The notes under the pieces were generated by a model. The model was not told the origin of the DNA, ran no database searches, and worked only from the letters and a program-made list of their open reading frames with translations. From contig JANQHR010000142.1 in the NCBI GenBank assembly GCA_028282585.1, positions 13,403 through 77,402 on the forward strand: a stretch of 64,000 nt of DNA. Reading direction: 5' to 3'. The DNA is from Bacteroidales bacterium. GTDB lineage: Bacteria; Bacteroidota; Bacteroidia; Bacteroidales; UBA12077. The translations under genes and the position numbers were made by a program. Below are positions 9,245-18,460 of the stretch, in pieces (within the stretch, counting starts at the first letter, position 1; every line of letters begins with the position of its first letter).

Positions 9245-9766
9245 ATGAAAAAACATTGGGCAATTATACTTGTATTTTTTATAAATATTAACCTTTTTGC
9301 ACAAACGAACATTAAAAAACTTGAACCCGAAAAGTATTTCGATTTTTGGGTAGGAGAATGGGAACTAATTTGGCAAACAACGGATAAGAAAGTGGGAGAA
9401 GGAGAAAATCATATTTTCAAAACCTTAAATGATCGTATTATTGAAGAAAACTTTAAAGTTATTAACGATGATAATATGAAGGGATTTGTTGGTAAAAGCT
9501 GGAGTGTGTATAATAAAAACAATAATACCTGGTATCAAACCTGGGTAGATAATCAAGGTTCTTACCTGGATTTTGTCGGTGAATTTGATGGAAACAAAAG
9601 AATTTTTAAAAGGGAATTTACCTTATCTAATGGTAGGTTGGTAAAACAACGCATGATTTTTTATAATATTAAAAAGGATTCGTTTACCTGGGACTGGGAA
9701 AGTTCAATAGACAATGGAAAAACCTGGGATTTGAAATGGAGAATTTTTTACTCAAGAAAGAAATAA
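9245..9766 (+). CDS. Secreted beta-rich protein, DUF1579-like
   Basis: Signal peptide; FDFWVGEW...WYQTWVDNQG...FTWDWESSIDNGKTW. Confidence 0.7.
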   Translation: MKKHWAIILVFFININLFAQTNIKKLEPEKYFDFWVGEWELIWQTTDKKVGEGENHIFKTLNDRIIEENFKVINDDNMKGFVGKSWSVYNKNNNTWYQTWVDNQGSYLDFVGEFDGNKRIFKREFTLSNGRLVKQRMIFYNIKKDSFTWDWESSIDNGKTWDLKWRIFYSRKK

Positions 9767-9825
9767 TTATTTAAGTTATATTTAGTAAAACATAATTTTA
9801 CAAAATTATTTCTAATATAATTTAT

Positions 9826-10461
9826 ATGTTGAGCTATTATCTTCTTTTAGGGATTAGTTATGCTTTTGCTGCAGGAATACAACCAGGACCTCTTCAAACT
9901 TACTTTATTTCTCAAACTTTAAAAAATGGTTGGAAAAAAACTTTACCGGCAACATTAGCTCCTCTTATAAGTGATATCCCAATTGCTATTTTAACTCTTT
10001 TTATACTCAAATCAGTTCCTGAAAATTTTACGTTCTTTTTAAGGCTAGCAGGTGGCCTATTTCTGTTGTACCTGGCTTATAAAGCGTTTAAATCATGGAA
10101 TAAATATGATTTAAACCAGGAAACTTCTGAGCTTTCTGGTAAACAAACTTTATATGGTGCAATAGTCGTAAACCTTTTGAATCCTAACCCATACTTGGGA
10201 TGGAGCTTGATTATGGGACCTTTACTTTTAGAAGGTTGGAAAATTGCACCTCTTAATGGAATTACATTAATTTTTGGATTCTATCTAACTTTGATTTTTA
10301 CTATGGCAGGTACAATAATACTATTTGATTTTGCCAGAAGACTTGGACCAAAAATTATTAAGATCTTGCTTGGCTTATCCGCGCTTGTGCTTTTTTTATT
10401 TGGTATTTATCAAATCTGGTTAGGAGTTGAGTTTCTTACACAATTTATGGTCAAGCATTAA
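9826..10461 (+). CDS. LysE/RhtB family translocator
   Basis: IQPGP motif; GGLFLLYLA; VNLLNPNPY; six TM helices. Confidence 0.88.
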   Translation: MLSYYLLLGISYAFAAGIQPGPLQTYFISQTLKNGWKKTLPATLAPLISDIPIAILTLFILKSVPENFTFFLRLAGGLFLLYLAYKAFKSWNKYDLNQETSELSGKQTLYGAIVVNLLNPNPYLGWSLIMGPLLLEGWKIAPLNGITLIFGFYLTLIFTMAGTIILFDFARRLGPKIIKILLGLSALVLFLFGIYQIWLGVEFLTQFMVKH

Positions 10462-10485
10462 AAAAGGAGCTGTTAAGCTCCTTTT
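10462..10485. terminator. Bidirectional intrinsic terminator
   Basis: AAAAGGAGCT-gtta-AGCTCCTTTT. Confidence 0.85.
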
Positions 10486-10524
10486 ACATATTCAATACGT
10501 TTTACTTTCATATTCTATATTCTT

Positions 10525-11271
10525 TTATTTTTCTTCACTTTTTACATTTCCTATTATGATTTCAATATTTTCTTTCGATTCGCCTTCTTTTCTAATTATA
10601 ACTTCTTTTATGATCTTATGCTTTCCATTTAAATCTTTAAAAATATCAGATGTACTTTCGTCATTGGAGTAAATAAATAACTTATTATTACCACTACCTA
10701 TTAAATTATCTAATGAATCAATAGACCAAACCTTTGATTTATCCAATTTCTTTTTTATTGCTTCTACATTTTCACCTTTTCCGCTTTTTAAGACAATAAT
10801 TCCGTCTTCATCATCAACATGTATGCCATGAATTACTTTAACAGAATCATCCATAATCCAGGTTAAGCCTTTATTAAATTTAATTTTAGAACTATTTTTA
10901 TCTCTATAAAAGTGCCATAATTCGTTTGATAAAGAATCTTTATCATATTCTCCATGAATATTCCAATACATATTCAAAATTGAATCACATGATTGGCCTT
11001 TATCCGAAATAGCAATAAATCTTGAACCTTTATTTGACAAAACTTTATATTCTCCCAAAATACTATCTAATCCATGATGTTCATGTAAACCTTTATCGGT
11101 AAGGTAATAAATTCCTTCTCCCTTTGAAATATGAACTGTATCAAACTCTTCTATTACTTTACCATCCTTTTCTTTTATAACTTTTAAATAGATCTTTTCT
11201 TCATGCTGTGCATGTAATTCTAATACGCTTGTTATGAAAACTGCAAGAATTGTAAATAAAATTTTTTTCAT
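10525..11271 (-). CDS. Secreted hypothetical protein divergent from rprXY
   Basis: Sec signal MKKILFTILAVFITSVLELHA; charged beta-rich segments such as KVIKEKDGKVIEEFDTV. Confidence 0.7.
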   Translation of the reverse strand: MKKILFTILAVFITSVLELHAQHEEKIYLKVIKEKDGKVIEEFDTVHISKGEGIYYLTDKGLHEHHGLDSILGEYKVLSNKGSRFIAISDKGQSCDSILNMYWNIHGEYDKDSLSNELWHFYRDKNSSKIKFNKGLTWIMDDSVKVIHGIHVDDEDGIIVLKSGKGENVEAIKKKLDKSKVWSIDSLDNLIGSGNNKLFIYSNDESTSDIFKDLNGKHKIIKEVIIRKEGESKENIEIIIGNVKSEEK

Positions 11272-11340
11272 AATTTTTTGTTTTAGTTATTTATTACAAA
11301 ATTTACTAAGCAAAGCTATAAGAGTTTGAATTTCAATTCA

Positions 11341-11412
11341 GTTAATGGTCTCTTAAAAACCGTTAAAGAAATGTTAAAGTTTCTATATCAGGTCGAATTA
11401 TATTTATCTTTG
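11341..11412 (+). promoter_or_regulatory. Four phased STTAA direct repeats plus Bacteroidota -7 box TATCTTTG
   Basis: gttaa 11341, cttaa 11352, gttaa 11362, gttaa 11373 (11/10/11 bp spacing); TATCTTTG at 11405-11412. Confidence 0.5.
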
Positions 11413-11429
11413 AATCAAATTCAATAAAA

Positions 11430-13067
11430 ATGAGAAAATATTCTCTGCAAATTTTAGTAGTTATTATGTCAATTTCTTTGGTCGGTATTGTAGTAGTTCA
11501 AGCTTTTTGGATAAAAAATGCCATTCAGGTTAAAGAAACAGAATATAAGGAAAATGTGCGGGAAGCTATTGCCAGTATTATTAAAAAAATTGAAAGAAAA
11601 CAAGCTGTAGTTTTCATTTCAGAAAATCTAGAAAGCTTTGATATACAAAGAATAGAAAATTCATCTATAATGAGTAAGGGATTCGTTGAATATTTCCACG
11701 GAGACACTATTTTACATTTCAATACCGACTCTTTTGAATATATAACTGATAATGAATTTAAAATAAATATTGCTTCAAATTCTACAGCAAAAACAAGAAA
11801 TGAACAGTTAAAAGTTTTAAGGGAAACTAAACACCAAAAAAAAACTAATAATCCCATAGTCTTATCTACAATAAAATACACGGGGAATGATAAAAATATA
11901 ATTGTTCTTCAGGACAGTGTAACGGTTAATTCAAATATTCTCTCTACCAGAGAGGTTTATTTAAATGTACTTGACGATATGATTCATGAATATGAAACAA
12001 GGTACAATCCTATTGAAGACAGGCTTGAAATCGAAAGATTAGATACGCTTATAAAAACTGAAATTCTCGAAAAAGGTTTAGATAAAGATTATGAATATGC
12101 TATCATTGATAATCGAAGAGATTCTATTTATAAAAAATCGGAGGGTTTTATTGATGGATTTGTTCCAAAATCATTTAAAGCCAGCTTATTCCCAGATGCC
12201 CTGGTTGATGAACCGATCCATTTATACCTATATCTACCTGGTATGAATAGTGTGATATATAAATCTATATCTTACATGCTTCTCGGTTCTATCACTTTTA
12301 CATTGGTCATCATTGTTATATTTTTTGTTACCGCAAGAATTACGTTTAAACAAAAAAAATTATCCGAGATTAAATCTGATTTTATTAACAACATGACGCA
12401 TGAGTTTAAAACTCCGATTGCTACTATTTCTTTAGCCGCTGATTCGATAATAAATCCAAGGATTATTTCCAACGAAGAAAAAATAAATGAATTTGTCAAA
12501 ATAATTAAGGAAGAAAATCGCCGAATGAATAACCAGGTTGAAAGCGTATTACAAATTTCATTATTAGAAAAAGAGAAATATAAGGTCAATCTGCAAAAGT
12601 TTGATTTACATGAATTAATACAAAAAGCAGTTAAAAACATCGAACTTAAAATAAAAGAAAAATCAGGAGTATTAAAAGTTTCTCTTGAGGCGGAAAACCC
12701 ATTTTCATTAGTAGATGAAACTCATTTTTTAAATATTATCCATAATTTATTAGATAATGCAATAAAATACTCTCCTGAGATTCTTGTTATAACCTTAAAA
12801 ACCCGAAATCAAAACGGAAATATTCATATCAGTATTGAAGATCATGGAATTGGGATCAAAAATGATGAGCTGGTTAGGATTTTTGATAAGTTCTATCGAG
12901 TACCAACAGGGAATGTTCATAATGTAAAAGGTTTTGGTTTGGGTTTAAGTTATGTGAAAGCAATAGTTACTGAATTTAATGGATCCATTCATGCTAATAG
13001 TGAATCTGGCAAGGGTTCCAAATTTGAAATGAATTTACCTGTAATACCTGTTAACAATGGAAAATAG
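11430..13067 (+). CDS. rprX: Sensor histidine kinase, RprX-like
   Basis: 2 TM; H box DFINNMTHEFKTPI; N box NLLDNAIKY; VHNVKGFGLGL. Confidence 0.85.
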   Translation: MRKYSLQILVVIMSISLVGIVVVQAFWIKNAIQVKETEYKENVREAIASIIKKIERKQAVVFISENLESFDIQRIENSSIMSKGFVEYFHGDTILHFNTDSFEYITDNEFKINIASNSTAKTRNEQLKVLRETKHQKKTNNPIVLSTIKYTGNDKNIIVLQDSVTVNSNILSTREVYLNVLDDMIHEYETRYNPIEDRLEIERLDTLIKTEILEKGLDKDYEYAIIDNRRDSIYKKSEGFIDGFVPKSFKASLFPDALVDEPIHLYLYLPGMNSVIYKSISYMLLGSITFTLVIIVIFFVTARITFKQKKLSEIKSDFINNMTHEFKTPIATISLAADSIINPRIISNEEKINEFVKIIKEENRRMNNQVESVLQISLLEKEKYKVNLQKFDLHELIQKAVKNIELKIKEKSGVLKVSLEAENPFSLVDETHFLNIIHNLLDNAIKYSPEILVITLKTRNQNGNIHISIEDHGIGIKNDELVRIFDKFYRVPTGNVHNVKGFGLGLSYVKAIVTEFNGSIHANSESGKGSKFEMNLPVIPVNNGK

Positions 13068-13743
13068 AAATAATATATTTTTACTTGAAGATGATGAGAA
13101 TTTTGGTTCGGTATTAAAATCATATCTTGAAATGAATGATTTTAATGTATCGTGGACGAAGGATGGTTCCCAGGCAATACTTAACTTTCAGGCAGGTCAA
13201 TTTGACTTTTGCATATTAGATATAATGTTACCAAATCTTGATGGTTTTACTATAGCTAAGAAGATAAAAACAATAGATCCGGAGATTCCTACCATTTTCC
13301 TTACTGCAAAAACATTAAAAGAAGATATTTTGCAAGGTTATAAAATTGGTGTCGACGATTATGTAACTAAACCTTTTGACTCTGAAGTGTTACTTTATAA
13401 AATTAAAGCAATTATAAAGCGTAAATCGGAACTAGATGATTCAACAGATTTTAAGATTGGTAATTATACATTCGATTCCGAGTTAAGAATACTGTCACAT
13501 GAGCATAATTCAATAAAACTTTCACCTAAAGAAAATGATTTGCTAAAAATGCTTTGTTTAAGTATGAACAAAATCCTGGACAGAGATAAGGCTTTAAATA
13601 AAATTTGGGGTGAAGAAGGTTACTTTACAGCCCGAAGCATGGACGTATACATCACTAAATTAAGAAAATATTTAAAAAACGATTCCTCCATAGAAATCGA
13701 AAATATCCATGGAAGCGGATTTATACTTAAAGTAACAGAGTAA
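13057..13743 (+). CDS. rprY: OmpR-family response regulator, RprY-like
   Basis: LLEDDENFG...LDIMLP...FLTAKTLKEDIL...DDYVTKPF...ARSMDVYITKLRKYLK; overlaps the kinase stop. Confidence 0.88.
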   Translation: MENRNNIFLLEDDENFGSVLKSYLEMNDFNVSWTKDGSQAILNFQAGQFDFCILDIMLPNLDGFTIAKKIKTIDPEIPTIFLTAKTLKEDILQGYKIGVDDYVTKPFDSEVLLYKIKAIIKRKSELDDSTDFKIGNYTFDSELRILSHEHNSIKLSPKENDLLKMLCLSMNKILDRDKALNKIWGEEGYFTARSMDVYITKLRKYLKNDSSIEIENIHGSGFILKVTE

Positions 13744-13908
13744 AATTTGTTCGTTAATTAAAGATTATACAAAATGTATTGTTGGAACCTCTATTACTGT
13801 TTAGTGGTTGCAAGCTCTTAGTTGTAAACACTCAAAAAATAAACAACATTTAGTTGAATACTCAATAATTAAACCGTATAATCGAAACTTTGAACTTCAA
13901 ACTAATTA

Positions 13909-14154
13909 CTAATCTTCACAATATTCGCCTAAAGTTTGCCCAACCTTTTGAAGATAAAAATTCTGATCTTTTTCCTTTAAATGTAATCCTTTGATATCGT
14001 GTTCGGCTTCTTCCTGGATTAAAGGCAGAATTGAGCGTGAACTACAGTATTCAAAAGGATCCTCTTCCCAAAAGATTTCCATTATGTTTTCTTTTAGGTT
14101 TTCAACGACCGTTTGGGCCGAATTGATTTTTGTGTGGTAACTTATTGATCTCAT
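13909..14154 (-). CDS. Small acidic hypothetical protein
   Basis: 81-aa ORF occupying an otherwise empty intergenic region. Confidence 0.5.
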   Translation of the reverse strand: MRSISYHTKINSAQTVVENLKENIMEIFWEEDPFEYCSSRSILPLIQEEAEHDIKGLHLKEKDQNFYLQKVGQTLGEYCED

Positions 14155-14400
14155 ACACTAATAATGAAACAATTACATATATGCAAGTTATATAATGTTA
14201 TTAATAAAGTAAATATTATAGAATATATATTTTTGTATTCTAGAACATAATTTTGGTATTGACTTTATTACCTAGATTTCGTATTGCGTTACACCTCAAA
14301 TTATTAAAGATTACTCTTACAACATTTTGATGCTTACCTATAATCACTAATAATCATTTATGACATAATTGCATATAATTTCCGGTTTTATATACTATCT

Positions 14401-14434
14401 TGTCACTAAATAATATTAGGAACAGTATTTGAAA
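14401..14434 (+). promoter_or_regulatory. Putative sigma54-like -24/-12 promoter with upstream TGTCA box
   Basis: tgtcac-taaataatatt-aGGaac-agtat-TTGaaa, with the same spacing as the htpG upstream motif. Confidence 0.5.
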
Positions 14435-14466
14435 ACATTACTAAAATTATTTGAAAAGGAGAAATA

Positions 14467-16701
14467 ATGAATTTTAAAGACATACAAAAAAAACACCAAC
14501 ATATAACCGATTTAATTTTAACAAATGAGATTATAGTCGCAATAAAAGAATTATTCAGTTTTGCAAGTAATGCTAAGAGGCAATATCATCAGGTTCAGAT
14601 TGAGAAAATTAAGGATACTTACTCAAATATTCTAAACCATTCATTTACTGGAGTTACTGATCCGGAGAGAGATAAAATATACAGATATGTGCAAAGATCT
14701 TTACTGGAATTAAATGATAAAATAAAAGAATGTGTTTTAACCGAAACTTCTGATCTTACTATTTACAAATTAAAATGGTTACTAGAAAAAGAAATTGAAG
14801 GGCAATCTGATGAAACTTATTCTTTAATCAACAACTTAACATTTGATAATGAACTTGATAGAATTCTAAAGGATAATGATATCGACCTTACTCCAGAACA
14901 AAAGGATGAATCTAAAGTGGTTTCGAGACAAGATGCTCTAAAAGAGCTTTTTAATATTCTTTGGCTTACCGATTCATATCATGAAACTGAAATCAATACT
15001 ATAAACTCTATTTGTAATTCGGAGAAAATTCCGTGGCATGATAAAAGTTTGATTGTAAGCTCAATTACATTAAGTCTTCTAAGAATATTTGATTCAAATA
15101 AATTTATTTCATTACTTAGTTTCTATTACACTGCAGAAAATCAGGTATGGCAACGTGCATTAGTAGGGATAATTTTAGCTTTGTATAAACATGATAAAAG
15201 GATAAACCTTTATCCTGAACTTGAAAAAGAAATTTTAAAACTATCTAAAGTAGAAGAAATAGATAAGCAGTTTGAAACTGTACTAATTCAGATTTTCAAA
15301 TCGAAGGAAACTGAAAAACTTACAAGAAAATGGGAAGAAGAAATACTCCCTGAAATGATGAAAATGCAGCCAAAGATCGAAAAAAATCTTGATCTTGAAA
15401 ATATACTTTCAGAAGATTTCTCGGAAGATAAAAATCCGGATTGGGAAAAAGTTTTTGAAGATTCTCCTGATTTATTGGATAAGCTTCAGGATTTTTCTAA
15501 AATGCAGATCGAGGGTTCTGATGTATTTATGAGTGCATTTTCAAAACTAAAACATTTCCCGTTCTTTAATGAAATAAGCAACTGGTTTACTCCTTTTTAT
15601 AAAGAAAATGAATATATAGATATGATTGTTGAAAAGGAAGAAACCAATTTGTCAACATTCGTCGAGCAACTAGAAAAGTCCTTCCACATGTGTAATTCGG
15701 ATAAATACTCATTTTGTTTGAACCTACAAATGATACCGGAATCTCATAAATCCATGATGATGGATATGTTTAATGAAGAAATGAAGAATTTGGAAGAAGT
15801 TCAAAAGGATGAAAATTTACTGAATCAATTTACCATAACAAAAAGTATAATAACTCAATACCTGCAAGATTTATATCGTTTTTATAAACTACATTCTTAT
15901 AAAAATGAGTTTTCCGACATTTTCAAATGGGAATTTAACGTTCAGTATTCTGAATTTTTTAACCAAATTATCACGAACAAACAAGTAATCAGAAATATTG
16001 CCGAGTTTTTCTTTGAAAATGAACATTATGATAAGGCTGTTGAGATATTCAGGATAATAGACAAAACGGAAGATAGTAATATAGAATTATTTGAGAAAAT
16101 CGGATATTGCTATCAACGATTGGGAAAATACGAAAAAGCATTAAAATATTATCAAAGAGCTGAACTTTTAGATGAAAATAAAGCCTGGATTATTAAAAAG
16201 ATTGCTTTATGCTATCGTAATCTAAATAATCATGAAAAAGCTCTAGAATATTATAAATCAGCCGAAAAACATGATCCTGAAAATCTTTATATACAAGCCT
16301 ACATTGGTCATACTTTAATGAGGCTAGAAAAATATGAAGAAGCTTTGAAGTATTATTTTAAGGTTGAATACCTGTCTCCTTCAAACGAGAAAATACAACG
16401 ACCAATTGCCTGGATCTCATTCATACTTGGAAAGTTTGATTCAGCAGTAAATTACTATAATAAAGTACTTGGGAAAAAGATAAATGGCTTTGATTTAATC
16501 CATTTAGGCCACTCTTATTGGTCTTCAAATCAAATTGACAAAGCTATAGAAACGTATAAAACAGCTTTCGAACATTTTAAGTATAACATTAAGGTATTTT
16601 CGCAATCTTTCATGGAAGATAATGAATATTTGGAGTTTCATGGTATTAAAAAACTAGACATTAAACTGATGAAAGATTTAATTACAAATATAAATCCTTA
16701 A
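14467..16701 (+). CDS. Cytoplasmic tetratricopeptide-repeat protein
   Basis: C-terminal TPRs (KIGYCYQRLGKYEKALKYYQRA etc.); FMSAFSKLKHFPFF and MCNSDKYSF blocks; no signal peptide. Confidence 0.9.
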   Translation: MNFKDIQKKHQHITDLILTNEIIVAIKELFSFASNAKRQYHQVQIEKIKDTYSNILNHSFTGVTDPERDKIYRYVQRSLLELNDKIKECVLTETSDLTIYKLKWLLEKEIEGQSDETYSLINNLTFDNELDRILKDNDIDLTPEQKDESKVVSRQDALKELFNILWLTDSYHETEINTINSICNSEKIPWHDKSLIVSSITLSLLRIFDSNKFISLLSFYYTAENQVWQRALVGIILALYKHDKRINLYPELEKEILKLSKVEEIDKQFETVLIQIFKSKETEKLTRKWEEEILPEMMKMQPKIEKNLDLENILSEDFSEDKNPDWEKVFEDSPDLLDKLQDFSKMQIEGSDVFMSAFSKLKHFPFFNEISNWFTPFYKENEYIDMIVEKEETNLSTFVEQLEKSFHMCNSDKYSFCLNLQMIPESHKSMMMDMFNEEMKNLEEVQKDENLLNQFTITKSIITQYLQDLYRFYKLHSYKNEFSDIFKWEFNVQYSEFFNQIITNKQVIRNIAEFFFENEHYDKAVEIFRIIDKTEDSNIELFEKIGYCYQRLGKYEKALKYYQRAELLDENKAWIIKKIALCYRNLNNHEKALEYYKSAEKHDPENLYIQAYIGHTLMRLEKYEEALKYYFKVEYLSPSNEKIQRPIAWISFILGKFDSAVNYYNKVLGKKINGFDLIHLGHSYWSSNQIDKAIETYKTAFEHFKYNIKVFSQSFMEDNEYLEFHGIKKLDIKLMKDLITNINP

Positions 16702-16775
16702 ACACTAGTTTTTACAGAGTCTCAAACATAATTTAGTTTGCTCTTATTTTTCCGATTATAATAACTTAGCATTAA

Positions 16776-16800
16776 AAAAACCGGATTTAATCCGGTTTTT
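16776..16800. terminator. Bidirectional intrinsic terminator
   Basis: AAAAACCGGATT-t-AATCCGGTTTTT. Confidence 0.85.
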
Positions 16801-16806
16801 AATTTC

Positions 16807-17364
16807 TTATAAAATTGGCTTTTTACGTTTGAAAGGTTTATAGTAAAATTTTTCCCAGTGCACAATTTCGTCTAAAGGTTTTCTTAGCTGCTCGTGTCTG
16901 TTTTTATCTGTTTTATCAGCCGGATAACCAATCGGAAGTAATGCAATTGGTTCAACACCATCGGGTAAATCAAGTGCTTTTACACATTTCAGAACATCGA
17001 ACTTACACACCCAACAAGTAGCTAATCCTAAATCAGTTGCTGCTAATGTCATATGATCAATTGCAATTGAAACATCCACATCCGTATGTATCTTTCCATC
17101 GGCGCGTCTCCAAGCTTCTCGATGATCTCCACATACAACTATAACACATTTTGCGCTCTCTATCCAATCTCTTTCATAACACTCCTTAATTATTTTAAGT
17201 GATTCTTCTTCAGTAATTACAACAAAATGCCAGGGTTGTTTATTTTTTGCAGATGGTGCCACTCTACCAGCTTCTAAAACTTGTAATAAAAGTTCTTTTT
17301 CAACCTTCTTGTCCTGATAATTTCGTGATGAATATCTTTTTTTAGCTAAATCAATAAAAGTCAT
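16807..17364 (-). CDS. Nitroreductase family protein
   Basis: RYSSRNY...APSAKNKQPWHF...LAATDLGLATCWV...IGYP. Confidence 0.93.
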   Translation of the reverse strand: MTFIDLAKKRYSSRNYQDKKVEKELLLQVLEAGRVAPSAKNKQPWHFVVITEEESLKIIKECYERDWIESAKCVIVVCGDHREAWRRADGKIHTDVDVSIAIDHMTLAATDLGLATCWVCKFDVLKCVKALDLPDGVEPIALLPIGYPADKTDKNRHEQLRKPLDEIVHWEKFYYKPFKRKKPIL

Positions 17365-17384
17365 ATTATTTATAATCTTTAAGT

Positions 17385-17594
17385 TTATTCTACAACAATA
17401 ATTTCATTAAAAACTTCAATTTTATCACCGGATCGGATTTTTGCTCTTTTTCTGCTCTCCAAATTTCCATTTAACTTTACTTCTCCTTCATCAACAATAT
17501 GCTTTGCTTCGCCTCCGCTTCCGCATATATTGGTAACTTTCAACAATTTAATAAGCTCAATGTATTCAGAACCTTCCAACCTAAATTTAATCAT
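17385..17594 (-). CDS. S4-domain RNA-binding protein (YbcJ/YaaA-like)
   Basis: YIELIKLLK...SGGEAK...VKLNG...RKRAKIRSGD. Confidence 0.9.
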   Translation of the reverse strand: MIKFRLEGSEYIELIKLLKVTNICGSGGEAKHIVDEGEVKLNGNLESRKRAKIRSGDKIEVFNEIIVVE

Positions 17595-18333
17595 ATTTTT
17601 GTTTTATTTCATTCAAAATTTCATTCATTACTTCAGCAGCCTTACCTTTTAAAAATATATCGGTAATTGACCCGGTAAATAAAGATTCTTCAGGATTAAT
17701 TTCGATTACATTTGCACCGTTTTGTTTTGCATATGGTGGTATTGATGCTGCCGGAACTACCTCTCCGGTTGATCCAATTATAATAACCAAATCTGCTTTT
17801 TGTGCTGCTTCAACAGATTTTTTATATGCTTCTTCCGGAATTCCTTCGCCAAAAAATATAAAATCTGGTTTTAAAACTGCATGGCATTTTTCACATAGCG
17901 GAATATAACTTAAATCTGCGTCCTCAGCTGCAATCTTTTTATCACAATAAGGACAAACTAACATTCTTGAATTCCCATGAAATTCGTAAACTTCCCTACT
18001 TCCGGCATCATAATGAAGATTATCTATATTTTGAGTAATAATTGCTTTTACTAAACCCTTCTTTTCTAATTCAGCTAAAACTAAGTGCGCATCATTGGGT
18101 TTTGCTTCTCCAAAAAAATCATAAAATATTTCTTTTATTACTTTCCAGGCCTCTACTGGATTTAAATGAAAATTGCCTAAATCTAAGGCATTCGGATCAT
18201 ATTTACTCCATAATCCATTTTCTCCACGAAAAGGGGGTATTCCACTTTCAACAGAAATTCCTGCTCCCGTAAAAGCTATTGTGTATTTGGAAGTTAAGAT
18301 TAAATCAACAGCTTTTTCCAAATTGTCATTCAT
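17587..18333 (-). CDS. cobB: NAD-dependent protein deacylase (sirtuin, CobB/NpdA)
   Basis: FTGAGISVESGIPPFRG; TQNIDNLH; HG; CxxC...CxxC; KPDFIFFGE; IGSTGEVVPAA. Confidence 0.93.
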   Translation of the reverse strand: MNDNLEKAVDLILTSKYTIAFTGAGISVESGIPPFRGENGLWSKYDPNALDLGNFHLNPVEAWKVIKEIFYDFFGEAKPNDAHLVLAELEKKGLVKAIITQNIDNLHYDAGSREVYEFHGNSRMLVCPYCDKKIAAEDADLSYIPLCEKCHAVLKPDFIFFGEGIPEEAYKKSVEAAQKADLVIIIGSTGEVVPAASIPPYAKQNGANVIEINPEESLFTGSITDIFLKGKAAEVMNEILNEIKQKYD

Positions 18334-18414
18334 TGGTCAATGATTTATCTACAAATTGCTTATAAAGTTATAAATAAATCCTTGATCATAATATTTTAAT
18401 TTTTATAAAAAAAG

Positions 18415-18444
18415 AAAACCCGAAAGTTGATACTTTCGGGTTTT
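18415..18444 (-). terminator. Intrinsic terminator of the pnt operon
   Basis: AAAACCCGAAAGT-tgat-ACTTTCGGGTTTT. Confidence 0.85.
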
Positions 18445-18460
18445 TTAAACATCTTGATCT

